A stretch of 64,000 bases of DNA, taken from an uncultured delta proteobacterium (GTDB lineage: Bacteria > Desulfobacterota > Desulfomonilia > UBA1062). The notes under the pieces are model-generated. The model searched no databases and was not told the DNA's origin. It saw nothing but the letters and a program-made list of their open reading frames with translations. Where the stretch lies: positions 608,001-672,000 of the forward strand of contig CAWAUM010000001.1 in NCBI GenBank assembly GCA_963785235.1, written 5' to 3'. Shown piece after piece: positions 12,140 through 21,303 of this stretch (positions within the stretch are counted from its first letter, which is position 1; each line of letters starts with the position of its first letter). A program made the translations under genes and the position numbers.

Positions 12140-12918
12140 ATCAGAAGGGATGTCACGACATAGTCCGACACCAGAATGAGGACACAGGAGATCACGACGG
12201 CCGAGGTGGTGGCAAGCCCGACGGCCTTGGCCCCATGGCTATCCGTGCGCATATGCGCGAAATATCCCTGGTAACAGCAGACAGTGGAGACGATGAGAGC
12301 AAAAACGATTGCCTTGATGAAACCGTCGGTGATATCTTTCATGTCCAGACTGGTTTGAACACGATAAAAATAGGTTCCGGCATTCGCACCCAGAAGCAGT
12401 ACCCCGGAGATATACCCGCCGATTATGCCGATGAGATCAAACAGTGCGGTGAGCAGGGGAAAGCTGATGACTGCAGCGACAATCCTTGGACTGATGAGAT
12501 ACCCAATCGGGTTGATGCGCATGGTGTAAAGCGCGTCAATCTGCTCGGAGATACGCTGGATGCCTATCTCTGCACTGATGGCGGACCCTGCCCTGGCTGC
12601 AATCATGATGGCTGCGAGAACAGGCCCCAATTCCCTGACCAGGGTCAGGGATACAAGGACGCCGAGCGCTCCTTGAGCGCCGACTGAATTCAATGCATAA
12701 TACGTTTGGAGGCCTAGGACCATACCCGTAAACAGGCCGACGAGCATGATGATCAACATGGACCGTGCCCCGATGTAATAAATATGCTGGACAATCTTGG
12801 ATAGCTGCTTGTGCCTTATGATCTTCAGCAATGCCAGAATAAGGAAAATGCCCGCAGCACCTAAATTATCGATCCCATTGATCACCACCCTCCCGATAGC
12901 AGCAAATGGTCGCGACAA
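12136..12918 (-). CDS. mlaE: MlaE ABC permease (true start may be upstream, ~12983, with a frameshift)
   Basis: RELGPVLAAIMIAARAGSAISAEIG, EQIDAL, GAKAVGLATTSAVV. Confidence 0.9.
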   Translation of the reverse strand: MSRPFAAIGRVVINGIDNLGAAGIFLILALLKIIRHKQLSKIVQHIYYIGARSMLIIMLVGLFTGMVLGLQTYYALNSVGAQGALGVLVSLTLVRELGPVLAAIMIAARAGSAISAEIGIQRISEQIDALYTMRINPIGYLISPRIVAAVISFPLLTALFDLIGIIGGYISGVLLLGANAGTYFYRVQTSLDMKDITDGFIKAIVFALIVSTVCCYQGYFAHMRTDSHGAKAVGLATTSAVVISCVLILVSDYVVTSLLM

Positions 12919-13080
12919 GATCGAAAAAAGGCGCCTTTCGGCTTCATTCTCAGGGGGGTCAGACTGTTTGAATCAAGAGCCATGGTTAATATCCCATAAG
13001 ATCATAAAAAATCAGATAGATATGCCGAATACGGGAAAGTACCTTTCTTTGTGTAATGATAGGGAACATACAAATGTATG

Positions 13081-13227
13081 AGCAAATGGCCTGCCAATAG
13101 CAGAAAAAAGCTCATAATATTATAATCAACCTATGAAAACGGTTAGTTAAATGAATAGGACAGCAGCTCAGAAAAATGAACTGCTTCTTTTAGCCTCCAT
13201 ATTTGGTGGACCCTCAATATGTTGAGG
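13081..13227 (-). promoter_or_regulatory. Sigma54 promoter cassette P1 (heads the mla operon)
   Basis: Minus-strand TTGGCAGGCCATTTGCT at 13081-13097; palindromes cctccatatttggtgg (13194) and cctcaatatgttgagg (13212). Confidence 0.85.
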
Positions 13228-13253
13228 GGTATCTCACGGGGGAATTCCTTCCT

Positions 13254-13568
13254 CTACTTCACGATCAGATTGTTCTTGATGGATTTAACCCCTTGGACGC
13301 TCGTTGCGATTTGGCCGGCTTTATCGACGGCCTTTTGAGAATTAACGAAGCCGCTCAATTGAACAGTGCCCTGGTAAGTTTCAACACTGATCTGGAATGA
13401 TTTGAGAAAATCATCTTCTGCAATCAGAGCTTTTATCTTGGTTGTGATGACTGAATCGTCAACGTATTCACCGGTGCTTTGATGTGTGGGTGTCGATGCA
13501 CAGCCCACAACAACGGTGATCAGCATAAGAAGCACTAAGCAGTTGATAACAATATTTCTATTTTTCAT
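13254..13568 (-). CDS. BON-domain (OsmY-like) lipoprotein
   Basis: VVGC lipobox, STGEYVDDSVITTKIK, ISVETYQGTVQLSGFV. Confidence 0.9.
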   Translation of the reverse strand: MKNRNIVINCLVLLMLITVVVGCASTPTHQSTGEYVDDSVITTKIKALIAEDDFLKSFQISVETYQGTVQLSGFVNSQKAVDKAGQIATSVQGVKSIKNNLIVK

Positions 13569-13675
13569 AGCGATTAATCCTCCTTGGTATATTTGATTGT
13601 GATATGGTTCACTACGAGAAACTTTCTCCTGACAGTATCTTTTTCATAAAATCCTTCTTTTATCCTTCTGATGCT

Positions 13676-13900
13676 TTATTTTTTTGCTCCACCTCCAATG
13701 ATGACCAGCGCAATTCCGCCCGCAAGCGCAATGCCACCCAAAATGGGTGAAAACGGGATGGTTTTCTCAGTCTCTTGGGTAGCTTGTATGGGGCCAATAT
13801 CAATGATCTTCTCGCGGCTTGTGTAAGTAATGCCCTGGTAGGCAAGGGCCATTACTCCGAAGACGATTAATACAATTCCAGTAATCATTGCCGGCTTCAT
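13676..13900 (-). CDS. DUF3185-like small membrane protein
   Basis: GIVLIVFG...YQGITYT.REKIIDIGPI.A...KTIP..PILGG pattern. Confidence 0.7.
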   Translation of the reverse strand: MKPAMITGIVLIVFGVMALAYQGITYTSREKIIDIGPIQATQETEKTIPFSPILGGIALAGGIALVIIGGGAKK

Positions 13901-13942
13901 AATAATTGATCTCCTTCCTGAACAGGTTTACGCGTCTCATCC

Positions 13943-14092
13943 CTATAATGGTCTTCGCCCCTGAATGACCCGGACCAGTACCACAACGATGGCAATGACC
14001 AGCAGGATATGTATGACCCCACCCATCGTGTAGCCACTGATCAATCCGAGAAGCCATAGAATCAAGAGAATCACACAGATGGTCCAAAGCAT
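13943..14092 (-). CDS. lmo0937/DUF5670-family small membrane protein (49 aa, not in ORF track)
   Basis: Manual translation MLWTICVILLILWLLGLISGYTMGGVIHILLVIAIVVVLVRVIQGRRPL; AGGAG RBS upstream. Confidence 0.85.
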   Translation of the reverse strand: MLWTICVILLILWLLGLISGYTMGGVIHILLVIAIVVVLVRVIQGRRPL

Positions 14093-14152
14093 GTTCGACT
14101 CCTTTCTGAGGACAGAATCTTTGCATTCAGTTTTATAGGAGAAGATTAACTG

Positions 14153-14458
14153 TTAAATCTCCTCCATACCTGCCAGATGGAGCCCGGAGTGGAACATCAT
14201 TTCATAGGGCCCTTCGAGAAGGTTCATCGCCCCCCGCAGCACCTTAAAATGTTCCGACTTCAGGTGGGTCATAAGGTTCTCCTGGGTATCCCATTCTTCA
14301 AGAAGAAAGAGTTGATTTTCATTTTCGATATTCTGGCAGATGTCGCAGTGCCGGCATCCATTCTCCATCCTTGTGGATCCGCACAGTGAAGCAATCGTCT
14401 GTGTCAACTCCAGACGCTTCTCAGAAAGGACATTCATTCGTATGATTACCAGGATCAT
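14153..14458 (-). CDS. Antibiotic biosynthesis monooxygenase (ABM) domain protein
   Basis: ENGC...EEWDTQENL..HLKSEHF pattern; ATG lies only ~5 nt past the predicted P2 start site (near leaderless). Confidence 0.8.
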   Translation of the reverse strand: MILVIIRMNVLSEKRLELTQTIASLCGSTRMENGCRHCDICQNIENENQLFLLEEWDTQENLMTHLKSEHFKVLRGAMNLLEGPYEMMFHSGLHLAGMEEI

Positions 14459-14473
14459 ATGATTGACTGTAAA

Positions 14474-14622
14474 AGCAAATGGTCTGCCAATTGCCGGAAG
14501 AAGATCATAATGTTGGAATCAATCCTTTAATAACATATTGTTAGATGAGTAAAAGAGAGCAGCAGAAAATATGAAATGCTTCGTTTAGCCTCAATATATG
14601 GTGGAACCTCAACATATTGAGG
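14474..14622 (-). promoter_or_regulatory. Sigma54 promoter cassette P2 (ABM-lmo0937-DUF3185-BON)
   Basis: TTGGCAGACCATTTGCT at 14474-14490; IHF consensus match AATCAATCCTTTA at 14517-14529; palindromes at 14589 and 14607. Confidence 0.85.
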
Positions 14623-14700
14623 GAGACTCTTCATTGTCTCAATGCTTCCCTTCAAACACCTGACTAGGTTCCGTGATAGACGCGTCCACCTGGAAGTCCA

Positions 14701-15486
14701 TTAATTTTGGCGGCTTCCTTTTTGTATGAATACCGACTGGCTGTGAACGGGGAATGCATAGGGTTCAACGGTGTTGGGTTCAGAGAAACTGCTTGTTTGA
14801 TCCTCCAAGACCTGCTTCAATTTCTCCATGGATCTCATCTGGATTTGTCTGACACGTTCTCTGCTTACCCCAAGCTGAGTGCCAATCTCCTTGAGCGTCA
14901 TGGGTGGATCCGTTAAATAACGCTGTCTTAAGACAGATGCCTCTCTTTGGGAGAGGGAATTGAAGCAGTGATTGAGCAGAGATGAAATATTGTATGATGT
15001 CTGCTTGCCATAGAACAATTTTTCCGGGTCGTTACCATCGGTAAGGAAGTCAACCCACCGGTCCTTGTCGGGGTCATCATTTCCGAGATGTTCATCCAAT
15101 GATAACAAGTTTTTGGCATGACTCAGACTCCCTGTGTTTACCTTTGCACTCTTGCTCATGAAGGACATGATGAAGGCCTTGATCCACCAGGCCGCATAGT
15201 AAATGAATGGTATTCCGCGTTCAGGATCGAAGCGGTTCAGCGCTCGTATCATCCCAAGATTCCCTTCCTGAATAATATCAAGATAATTGTGGCCGCAATA
15301 AAAATACTTCCTGCTCACCTTCACCACAAACCTGAGGTTTGCTTGTATTATTTGCTGCCCGGCAGATTCATTGCCTTCCTGATATTGTCGTGCAAGTTCA
15401 TATTCTCTTTCATTGGAAAGAGTAGGGTAGTGCTGAATTTCCCGGTAATAATGTTGAAACTCATCATAATTATTAATAGTGCCCAT
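14701..15486 (-). CDS. Sigma-70 family factor, RpoH/RpoD-like, shortened region 3
   Basis: ANLRFVVKV, DIIQEGNLG, FDPERG, YAAWWIKA, TLKEIG..LGVSRERVRQIQ. Confidence 0.85.
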   Translation of the reverse strand: MGTINNYDEFQHYYREIQHYPTLSNEREYELARQYQEGNESAGQQIIQANLRFVVKVSRKYFYCGHNYLDIIQEGNLGMIRALNRFDPERGIPFIYYAAWWIKAFIMSFMSKSAKVNTGSLSHAKNLLSLDEHLGNDDPDKDRWVDFLTDGNDPEKLFYGKQTSYNISSLLNHCFNSLSQREASVLRQRYLTDPPMTLKEIGTQLGVSRERVRQIQMRSMEKLKQVLEDQTSSFSEPNTVEPYAFPVHSQSVFIQKGSRQN

Positions 15487-15608
15487 AAATAGTCCTTCCC
15501 TCCTAAAATCACCTTGCCGTCTGGTGTGTTATCTGATGATGAACTCAAGTTAATAAATTGGCTCGCACTGCATAAGTAAATGAGCTATCTCCATTTATTC
15601 ACAGTAAT

Positions 15609-15757
15609 AGCAAAGGGCCTGCCAATAGCCGGAGGAAGATCATAAGCATGATTACATCCATTGATAACAGTTGGTTGGATGAATAATAGAGAACAGCAGG
15701 ATAACCTGAAATGATTCGTTTACCCTCAATATTTGGTGGACCCTCAACATATTGAGG
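15609..15757 (-). promoter_or_regulatory. Sigma54 promoter cassette P3 (sigma factor 1)
   Basis: TTGGCAGGCCCTTTGCT at 15609-15625; palindromes at 15724 and 15742. Confidence 0.85.
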
Positions 15758-15879
15758 GATACTTTGGATATGGGACAAGTGGATATACAAAAAATGAAGT
15801 CCATGAAGAAGTTCAGAATTCTATCGCCAAGATCATGAAGAACTATTGTTTGGACGAGAATAGAGCTTATCTTCACAGG

Positions 15880-16668
15880 TCACTGACTCACATTTGTCAG
15901 TTCATCAGTGGTAGTGCTGGTTACTGTTTCAGTAGACGAGCCTATGGTGATTACGTCCATAGTGCTCGAGACTTTCTTGACAAATCCTACATTTTTGCCA
16001 TACCAGGAAAACCATGTGGAAGTTATAATCTCGGTTCCACCAACGAATGCGATGGTCATGGTAGAGGATTCCTGAGCCTTTACGGTTTCAAAAGTTCCTG
16101 CAGGCACGGTAACAGTCTCCATACCAAGGGCCTTGAGGGTATATTCCGTGGTCCTTGTACCGACCTTTATGCCACTGGCAGAATTAAAGAGATCCTCGGT
16201 GCTGGACTTGGAGTATACCACGCCCACAGTCCAGTCAGACGGTATGACGCCCGTAGAGGAACTGCTGTCAATATTCGTAAATACTATGGAATCATCACTG
16301 ATAACGATGCTTGAAGAACTGAGATAGGTGAACACTTTGTCTACGTCGTTTAACTCGATAGTTTCCACAATATATGGTCCTGAAATAGCTCCAGAATAGC
16401 CGTATTTACTGGGAATGGTCGCTTCGTGGGCATAGCTGTAGCCTAGGGTATATTCGCTTTGAATATTTTTTTCATCCGTAGTGTCCACCATGGTTTCTTT
16501 GAAGGTATAAACCTTAGTGATATCCCTGTTGGTATAATCATCCGAATGAATGATATTTGTTTCTGCTTCACTGGACCCACCACCACCTCCTCCGCCGCAG
16601 GCAAAAAGTATTATCCATACGAGGGCTGATAGTAGGAATCTACATTTTATAAGAGAAATTCTCATCAT
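15880..16668 (-). CDS. Hypothetical lipoprotein
   Basis: LFAC-GGGGGG lipobox; ETVTVPAGTFET and WYGKNVGFVK beta-rich motif. Confidence 0.7.
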   Translation of the reverse strand: MMRISLIKCRFLLSALVWIILFACGGGGGGGSSEAETNIIHSDDYTNRDITKVYTFKETMVDTTDEKNIQSEYTLGYSYAHEATIPSKYGYSGAISGPYIVETIELNDVDKVFTYLSSSSIVISDDSIVFTNIDSSSSTGVIPSDWTVGVVYSKSSTEDLFNSASGIKVGTRTTEYTLKALGMETVTVPAGTFETVKAQESSTMTIAFVGGTEIITSTWFSWYGKNVGFVKKVSSTMDVITIGSSTETVTSTTTDELTNVSQ

Positions 16669-16720
16669 TTTTACCTCTCTCCCTTAGCCTAAACGAACCC
16701 CGGTTTCCCTTGAAGGGATA

Positions 16721-17029
16721 TCAGAATGGTGCGCTCCTGGATGTCAGCAGGTTGTTTAATCCCTTCGCATCAGTGTTTGTGAACGTGACTGCCATGCCTG
16801 TGTGGTTTTTCCAGGCAACATAACCTTCCACCCATATGACCTTGCCGAAATCTTCGGCATCGAGACTGGCCATCAGGTATCCTTTCACTTCAGGGGCATA
16901 TCCGGTCTGCACATACATGCCTCCTTTACTTATATCAATTACCCTTCCCATCTTATCGGGGTGGGCATCGTCACGGTAATCTACCCTCATGTTTACTCTT
17001 ACCCGTTTATTGTTTCTATTTTCCGACAT
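16721..17029 (-). CDS. Stand-alone PilZ domain protein
   Basis: RxxxR (RNNKR) and DxSxxG (DISKGG) c-di-GMP motifs; GMAVTF. Confidence 0.85.
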   Translation of the reverse strand: MSENRNNKRVRVNMRVDYRDDAHPDKMGRVIDISKGGMYVQTGYAPEVKGYLMASLDAEDFGKVIWVEGYVAWKNHTGMAVTFTNTDAKGLNNLLTSRSAPF

Positions 17030-17080
17030 CCTTGACCTCCCTTACTCATTGCTTGATAGTCATCATGGTAGTGCTTCAGG

Positions 17081-17230
17081 AGCAAATGGCCTGCCAACAG
17101 ACTAGGGGGGGACAGAAAAATGGATTCAATTCATAATAACAGGTAGTTAGTTGAATATGAGGAGAGCAGCAGAAAAGTGAGAATTGACTCGCTTGGCCTC
17201 AATATTTGGTAGAACCTCAATATATTGAGG
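17081..17230 (-). promoter_or_regulatory. Sigma54 promoter cassette P4 (PilZ-lipoprotein)
   Basis: TTGGCAGGCCATTTGCT at 17081-17097; site at 17197 and perfect palindrome CCTCAATATATTGAGG at 17215-17230. Confidence 0.85.
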
Positions 17231-17443
17231 GATGATTTGAAGGTATGTGTACTGTCTAATCTTTTTTTTCCTCCTGTCGGACTATGCCTAACTTATGCAT
17301 CCTCATTATTAAGGTACGCAAGTGGGGATCCAGACTCGTTGGGTCACTGTCCTTTCCTTCCATGTACCAGTTGGGTTCAGAAAGGATCTTATTAATTTTC
17401 AATAATCAATAATATGGATACTAGGCTACTATGCTGCCTGGTC

Positions 17444-17884
17444 TTATATTTTTCTCTCCAACCTTTTTTTAATATTCATAAGACCCAGATCAGCTTCTTG
17501 TCTGTTGCGTTCCATGATCACTTTCTCCACCGGCTTTCCCAATACCCGACTTGGGGTTGAATATTCTATATCCAATGCCAAGATAGTCGCATCACCATTA
17601 TTTTTGAGGTTATAAATCCATTTACTGTGTAGGCCATGTACGCCTTTGCTTTCCACGACTATCCTTTCCTCGGGGATATGTTCAATTTTTATGGATTCGC
17701 CATTAAATTTTATTTCACCTATCTTCCAAGACCATTCGTAATGAGTTCCGACCCCAGACCCGCTTACATCCTTAACCTCAATCATGTTCGTCAACCAATC
17801 AGGTTCATTCCAGGGATTATCAATATAAGCAAAAACCTTATTAACTGGCGCTTTGATCTCAATACTCTTGTGAATCCTGTGCAT
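17444..17884 (-). CDS. SRPBCC/polyketide cyclase-like protein
   Basis: SIEIKAPVNKVFAYI.NP...PDW, GVGTHY, C-terminal helix. Confidence 0.8.
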   Translation of the reverse strand: MHRIHKSIEIKAPVNKVFAYIDNPWNEPDWLTNMIEVKDVSGSGVGTHYEWSWKIGEIKFNGESIKIEHIPEERIVVESKGVHGLHSKWIYNLKNNGDATILALDIEYSTPSRVLGKPVEKVIMERNRQEADLGLMNIKKRLERKI

Positions 17885-17932
17885 ATGATATCCCTCCTTC
17901 TTTCGTTTCTAGGGTGCCAACCTGTGTTCATT

Positions 17933-17972
17933 AAAAAAGAAGCAGGGCTATTACTTGACTAACCCTGCTTCT
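17933..17972 (-). terminator. Intrinsic terminator after PEP-CTERM gene
   Basis: agaagcaggg/ccctgcttct stem followed by a T-run on the minus strand. Confidence 0.65.
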
Positions 17973-17985
17973 CCATACTCATCCT

Positions 17986-18414
17986 TTAGACAGTCTTGAT
18001 TTTTATCTTCTTTCCGAGTCCTGCAAGCCCGATTAGACCCGTTCCCAAAAGAAGCATGGTTGCAGGCTCAGGTACAGGCGCAGGATTATCGTTTTCATTC
18101 CCGTTCTGTTCAAGCCCGTAACTGCCTGTAGGACCAAGGTCAGCGATATTGAGATTACTCGGGAGTGAACCATTGAAAACAGAACTTCTCAGAACATTCG
18201 TCAGAACCCCTACCTCGGACCTAAGCGAGGTGCTGCTCACATCAAGGGCAGGCCAAGCCTGAGAGAGGTAGTTATTGACGAGGTTCTGATGCCGGGTGAT
18301 GGTCAGGCCCGTGTAGTAAAAGGCCCCATCACCAAGATTGATGATGCAGGCTCCAGCCTGAAAAGCGAAACCTAAAACCATCACGATTGACAGGATTAGT
18401 TTTGATAGTTTCAT
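17986..18414 (-). CDS. PEP-CTERM sorting domain protein
   Basis: Signal peptide; VPEPATMLLLGTGLIGLAGLG plus basic tail. Confidence 0.9.
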   Translation of the reverse strand: MKLSKLILSIVMVLGFAFQAGACIINLGDGAFYYTGLTITRHQNLVNNYLSQAWPALDVSSTSLRSEVGVLTNVLRSSVFNGSLPSNLNIADLGPTGSYGLEQNGNENDNPAPVPEPATMLLLGTGLIGLAGLGKKIKIKTV

Positions 18415-18454
18415 TTTTTTTGAACTCCTTTGTTTCCAGTACTTTTAAACTTTT

Positions 18455-18492
18455 AAAAAATGAGGGAGGGTTTATACAAGCCCCCTCCCTCA
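18455..18492 (-). terminator. Terminator-like hairpin just upstream of the PEP-CTERM gene
   Basis: tgagggaggg (18461-18470) / ccctccctca (18483-18492) with minus-strand T6. Confidence 0.6.
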
Positions 18493-18536
18493 AAAGGTAT
18501 GGGGGTTTTCGTTTTGGTTACTGTTTTTACGCATTT

Positions 18537-18971
18537 TTAGGGGGGATATTCTTGATGCAGTGTTGTGACTTTACTGTCAGCCTGTGTCTTGACCTTATAG
18601 ACAACCTTAATTCTTGAAGAGCTCGATATGACTGCATTGCTTTGGGCATCGTACTCCTGCTTTGTTATCCCTCTGACCCTGTCTATGACTCGATAATGAT
18701 TTGTCTGACTGCAAAATGGGCAGGTAACATCAATTGCAATAAGGTCATGACTCAAGTCGATCCCTTCCTTTTGCAGGTAGGACATCCCTGTTGAGTAATT
18801 GTCCTGGGACAGGAAAGACTCAACCGGAATGCTTTTATTGCATCCGGGGTAGAGACATTTGAAGATGTTGTAGTCGATAGTCCTTCCTAAACCATACATA
18901 ATAATCTCCTTTGGGAGAGTCCTTATTAATTGTATCTTCATTCTCAACGTGTGCTTAATAAGAACTCTCAA
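18537..18971 (-). CDS. Hypothetical protein, possible zinc ribbon (start may be at MYGL)
   Basis: CLYPGC and CPFC cysteine pairs. Confidence 0.5.
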   Translation of the reverse strand: MRVLIKHTLRMKIQLIRTLPKEIIMYGLGRTIDYNIFKCLYPGCNKSIPVESFLSQDNYSTGMSYLQKEGIDLSHDLIAIDVTCPFCSQTNHYRVIDRVRGITKQEYDAQSNAVISSSSRIKVVYKVKTQADSKVTTLHQEYPP

Positions 18972-18983
18972 ACACTGAAAAAC

Positions 18984-19619
18984 TTAATTATCATATTCCT
19001 TATTCTGTTTATTTTTCTGACCTTTTTCAGGTTTTCCATGCTGAGCTTTATCTTGTTGTTGTGGCTGTGAGTGCTGTGATCGGACATTCCCGGATTGTGG
19101 TCGAGCATGCTGTTGTGGTCGATTATGGGGCTTCAAACCTTGGACACCCCAGGTATTTTGCTTCTCCCAATGTCTGTTCTTTTCCCAGTTGCTCCAGTTC
19201 CGTTGGACTTGCTCGTGGGGTATTCGCTGGTGGTTCCACCGATGTCCTGCCCAACGATGGTCCCTGTAGTTATTCCTCCAACCTGACGGTACTCTTCTAT
19301 AAAAGGAGGGTACCCTTTGATAGTGGGTCCAACCTGAGTCATAGTGGTGTGAGCGATACCAGTGTCCTTGCCACGGACGCCACCACCAGCCATTGTAGAA
19401 AAAGATGTCCACATCTACGTCAGGGGCAGCATAGACATCCGTCTCAGGTATGACTACCACCTCTAGAGGTCCTGAAGATATGATGAGTGGAGGCAGAGAA
19501 ATGCTAATGCCTACATCTACCGTTGCCATCGCTGAAATAGGAAATAAAAGTACCAACGCTAAAAGAATTGCTCCGAAAATTATCTTTTTCATTTTGTAGC
19601 CCGCTTTATCCATGCCCAA
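18984..19619 (-). CDS. Secreted Trp/His/Arg-rich protein (YXWGXW-like)
   Basis: Signal peptide, VDVGISISLPP, FFYNGWWWRPWQGHWYRS, low-complexity tail. Confidence 0.7.
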   Translation of the reverse strand: MGMDKAGYKMKKIIFGAILLALVLLFPISAMATVDVGISISLPPLIISSGPLEVVVIPETDVYAAPDVDVDIFFYNGWWWRPWQGHWYRSHHYDSGWTHYQRVPSFYRRVPSGWRNNYRDHRWAGHRWNHQRIPHEQVQRNWSNWEKNRHWEKQNTWGVQGLKPHNRPQQHARPQSGNVRSQHSQPQQQDKAQHGKPEKGQKNKQNKEYDN

Positions 19620-19662
19620 TTTAACTCCATGTAACCTTGGCGTTGTAGTAATACTCTCCCTG

Positions 19663-20049
19663 TCAGAATACGTTCGTGCTGTTGCATATGCATCTTACTT
19701 CAACCCCGTTTTCAATCCTGGCAAGATTCTTCACGACGGTGTAATCCAATCCGGCTATTTCTCGTGCATTTCTTGCAGTCTTAGGAGGATTAGACTTGAA
19801 TACCGGATTATGCCACGGAGATGGTTCCTTCCCGGGATATGGTAGGTGAGTGGGTGGAACCCGTAGACCCAGCCTGCATAAGGATGCCTCACTCACTGTA
19901 GACCCATACGATGGATGATCTGCTGCAGTAATAGTGAAGAGCGCAAAGAAATCTCCCGATAAAGTTTCCTGCCACCCAATGAAATTCGCATCTGAATTCG
20001 AACCAGGTGTATTCATGTGTTCAGGCATGTTAGCCTCCGTTTGCATCAA
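19663..20049 (-). CDS. Hypothetical protein
   Basis: ORF directly behind P5; GGAGG RBS before the ATG of MPEH; no recognised family. Confidence 0.45.
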   Translation of the reverse strand: MMQTEANMPEHMNTPGSNSDANFIGWQETLSGDFFALFTITAADHPSYGSTVSEASLCRLGLRVPPTHLPYPGKEPSPWHNPVFKSNPPKTARNAREIAGLDYTVVKNLARIENGVEVRCICNSTNVF

Positions 20050-20077
20050 GTAATCCTAGTGGTGTAGGTGAGTAAAA

Positions 20078-20226
20078 AGCAAATAGCCTGCCAATAGCCG
20101 AAGGAAGATCAATAATATAGATTAAACAATTAATTACAAATTGTTAGGCGAAGAAGAGAGAGCCGCAGGAAAGTATGAAATGATCCATTTGACCTCAATA
20201 TTTGGTGGTTCCTCAGCATATTGAGG
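20078..20226 (-). promoter_or_regulatory. Sigma54 promoter cassette P5
   Basis: TTGGCAGGCTATTTGCT at 20078-20094; palindromes at 20193 and 20211. Confidence 0.85.
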
Positions 20227-20268
20227 GATAGGGCAATGGCCCCCCTGGAATCAATACCAAGTGATTTT

Positions 20269-21303
20269 TCATTTTCTTAGTTTCCATTTTCTTGTTAGTA
20301 GTTGGGCTGTTGCTATTTGGGAAGATGTCATTTTTTGAACAACCATATCCCTTATCTTGGCAGCTTCCTCATCTCCTTGTGCAGCAGCAAGGTTGGTCCA
20401 TATGTGCGCCCGAACAAAATCTCTTGGTACACCTTGGCCATATGCATACATAACCCCAAGGTGGTACTGGGCACTGGAATTGCCCTGATCGGCCGCTTTT
20501 CTGCACCACCTCATTGCCTCGGCATAGTCCTGTGGAACGCCTTGGCCATTTGCATACATAGCCCCAAGGTTGTACTGGGCACCGGCATGCCCCTGCTCGG
20601 CCGCCTTTCTGTACCACCTCGCAGCCTCGGTATCGTCTTGTATTACGCCTTGGCCATCTGCATACATAACCCCAAGGTTGTACTGAGCTCCGGCATTCCC
20701 CTGATCAGCCGCTTTCCTGAACCACCTCACCGCTTCTGAATAGTCCTGTACTACACCTTGTCCATTAAGATACATCCACCCAAGGGTGTACTGGGCATCG
20801 GCATCGCCCTGGTCAGCCGCCTTTCTATGCCACCTCATCGCCTCCATATAGTCCTGTGGTACACCTTGGCCATGTGCATACATACCCCCAAGGTTGTACT
20901 GGGCCTCGGCACGTCCCTGATCAGCCGCTTTCCAGTACCACCTGACCGCCTGGGCATAGTCCTGTGGAACACCTAGGCCATGTGCATACATGACCCCAAG
21001 ATTGTTTTGGGCACCGGCATGCCCCTGAACGGCCGCCTCCCTGTACCACCTCAATGCCTCGTCATCGTCTTTCGGAACACTTTGGCCATTAAAATACAAC
21101 CCTCCAAGGCTGTACTGGGCTCCGGCATCGCCTTTTTCTGCCCGTTTCATCAATTCATGTAATGGGGCTTTGTAGTCCCCACTATCGAAAGATTCATGGT
21201 CATCCCCTCTGGATATGTTAGGGAATATCAGGAGAAGCAAAGTTGTAAGAATAATTGCCATTTTCATGGAATTTTCCTCATTAAGAAGGCAGCATCTGGT
21301 CAA
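20269..21303 (-). CDS. Sel1-like repeat protein, secreted (likely start MKMAII)
   Basis: About seven 36-aa repeats AQYNLG.MY..GQGV.QDY.EA.RWYRKAADQG, visible as 108-bp DNA repeats. Confidence 0.95.
   Translation of the reverse strand: MTRCCLLNEENSMKMAIILTTLLLLIFPNISRGDDHESFDSGDYKAPLHELMKRAEKGDAGAQYSLGGLYFNGQSVPKDDDEALRWYREAAVQGHAGAQNNLGVMYAHGLGVPQDYAQAVRWYWKAADQGRAEAQYNLGGMYAHGQGVPQDYMEAMRWHRKAADQGDADAQYTLGWMYLNGQGVVQDYSEAVRWFRKAADQGNAGAQYNLGVMYADGQGVIQDDTEAARWYRKAAEQGHAGAQYNLGAMYANGQGVPQDYAEAMRWCRKAADQGNSSAQYHLGVMYAYGQGVPRDFVRAHIWTNLAAAQGDEEAAKIRDMVVQKMTSSQIATAQLLTRKWKLRK

Noticed and set aside
12901-12918. agcaaatggtcgcgacaa as an eighth sigma54 promoter
   Set aside because: It shares only the -12 half; it has no GG at -24 and no palindromes, and it lies within the mlaE coding region.
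20440-21140. 108-bp tandem DNA repeats
   Set aside because: Fully explained by Sel1 protein repeats.
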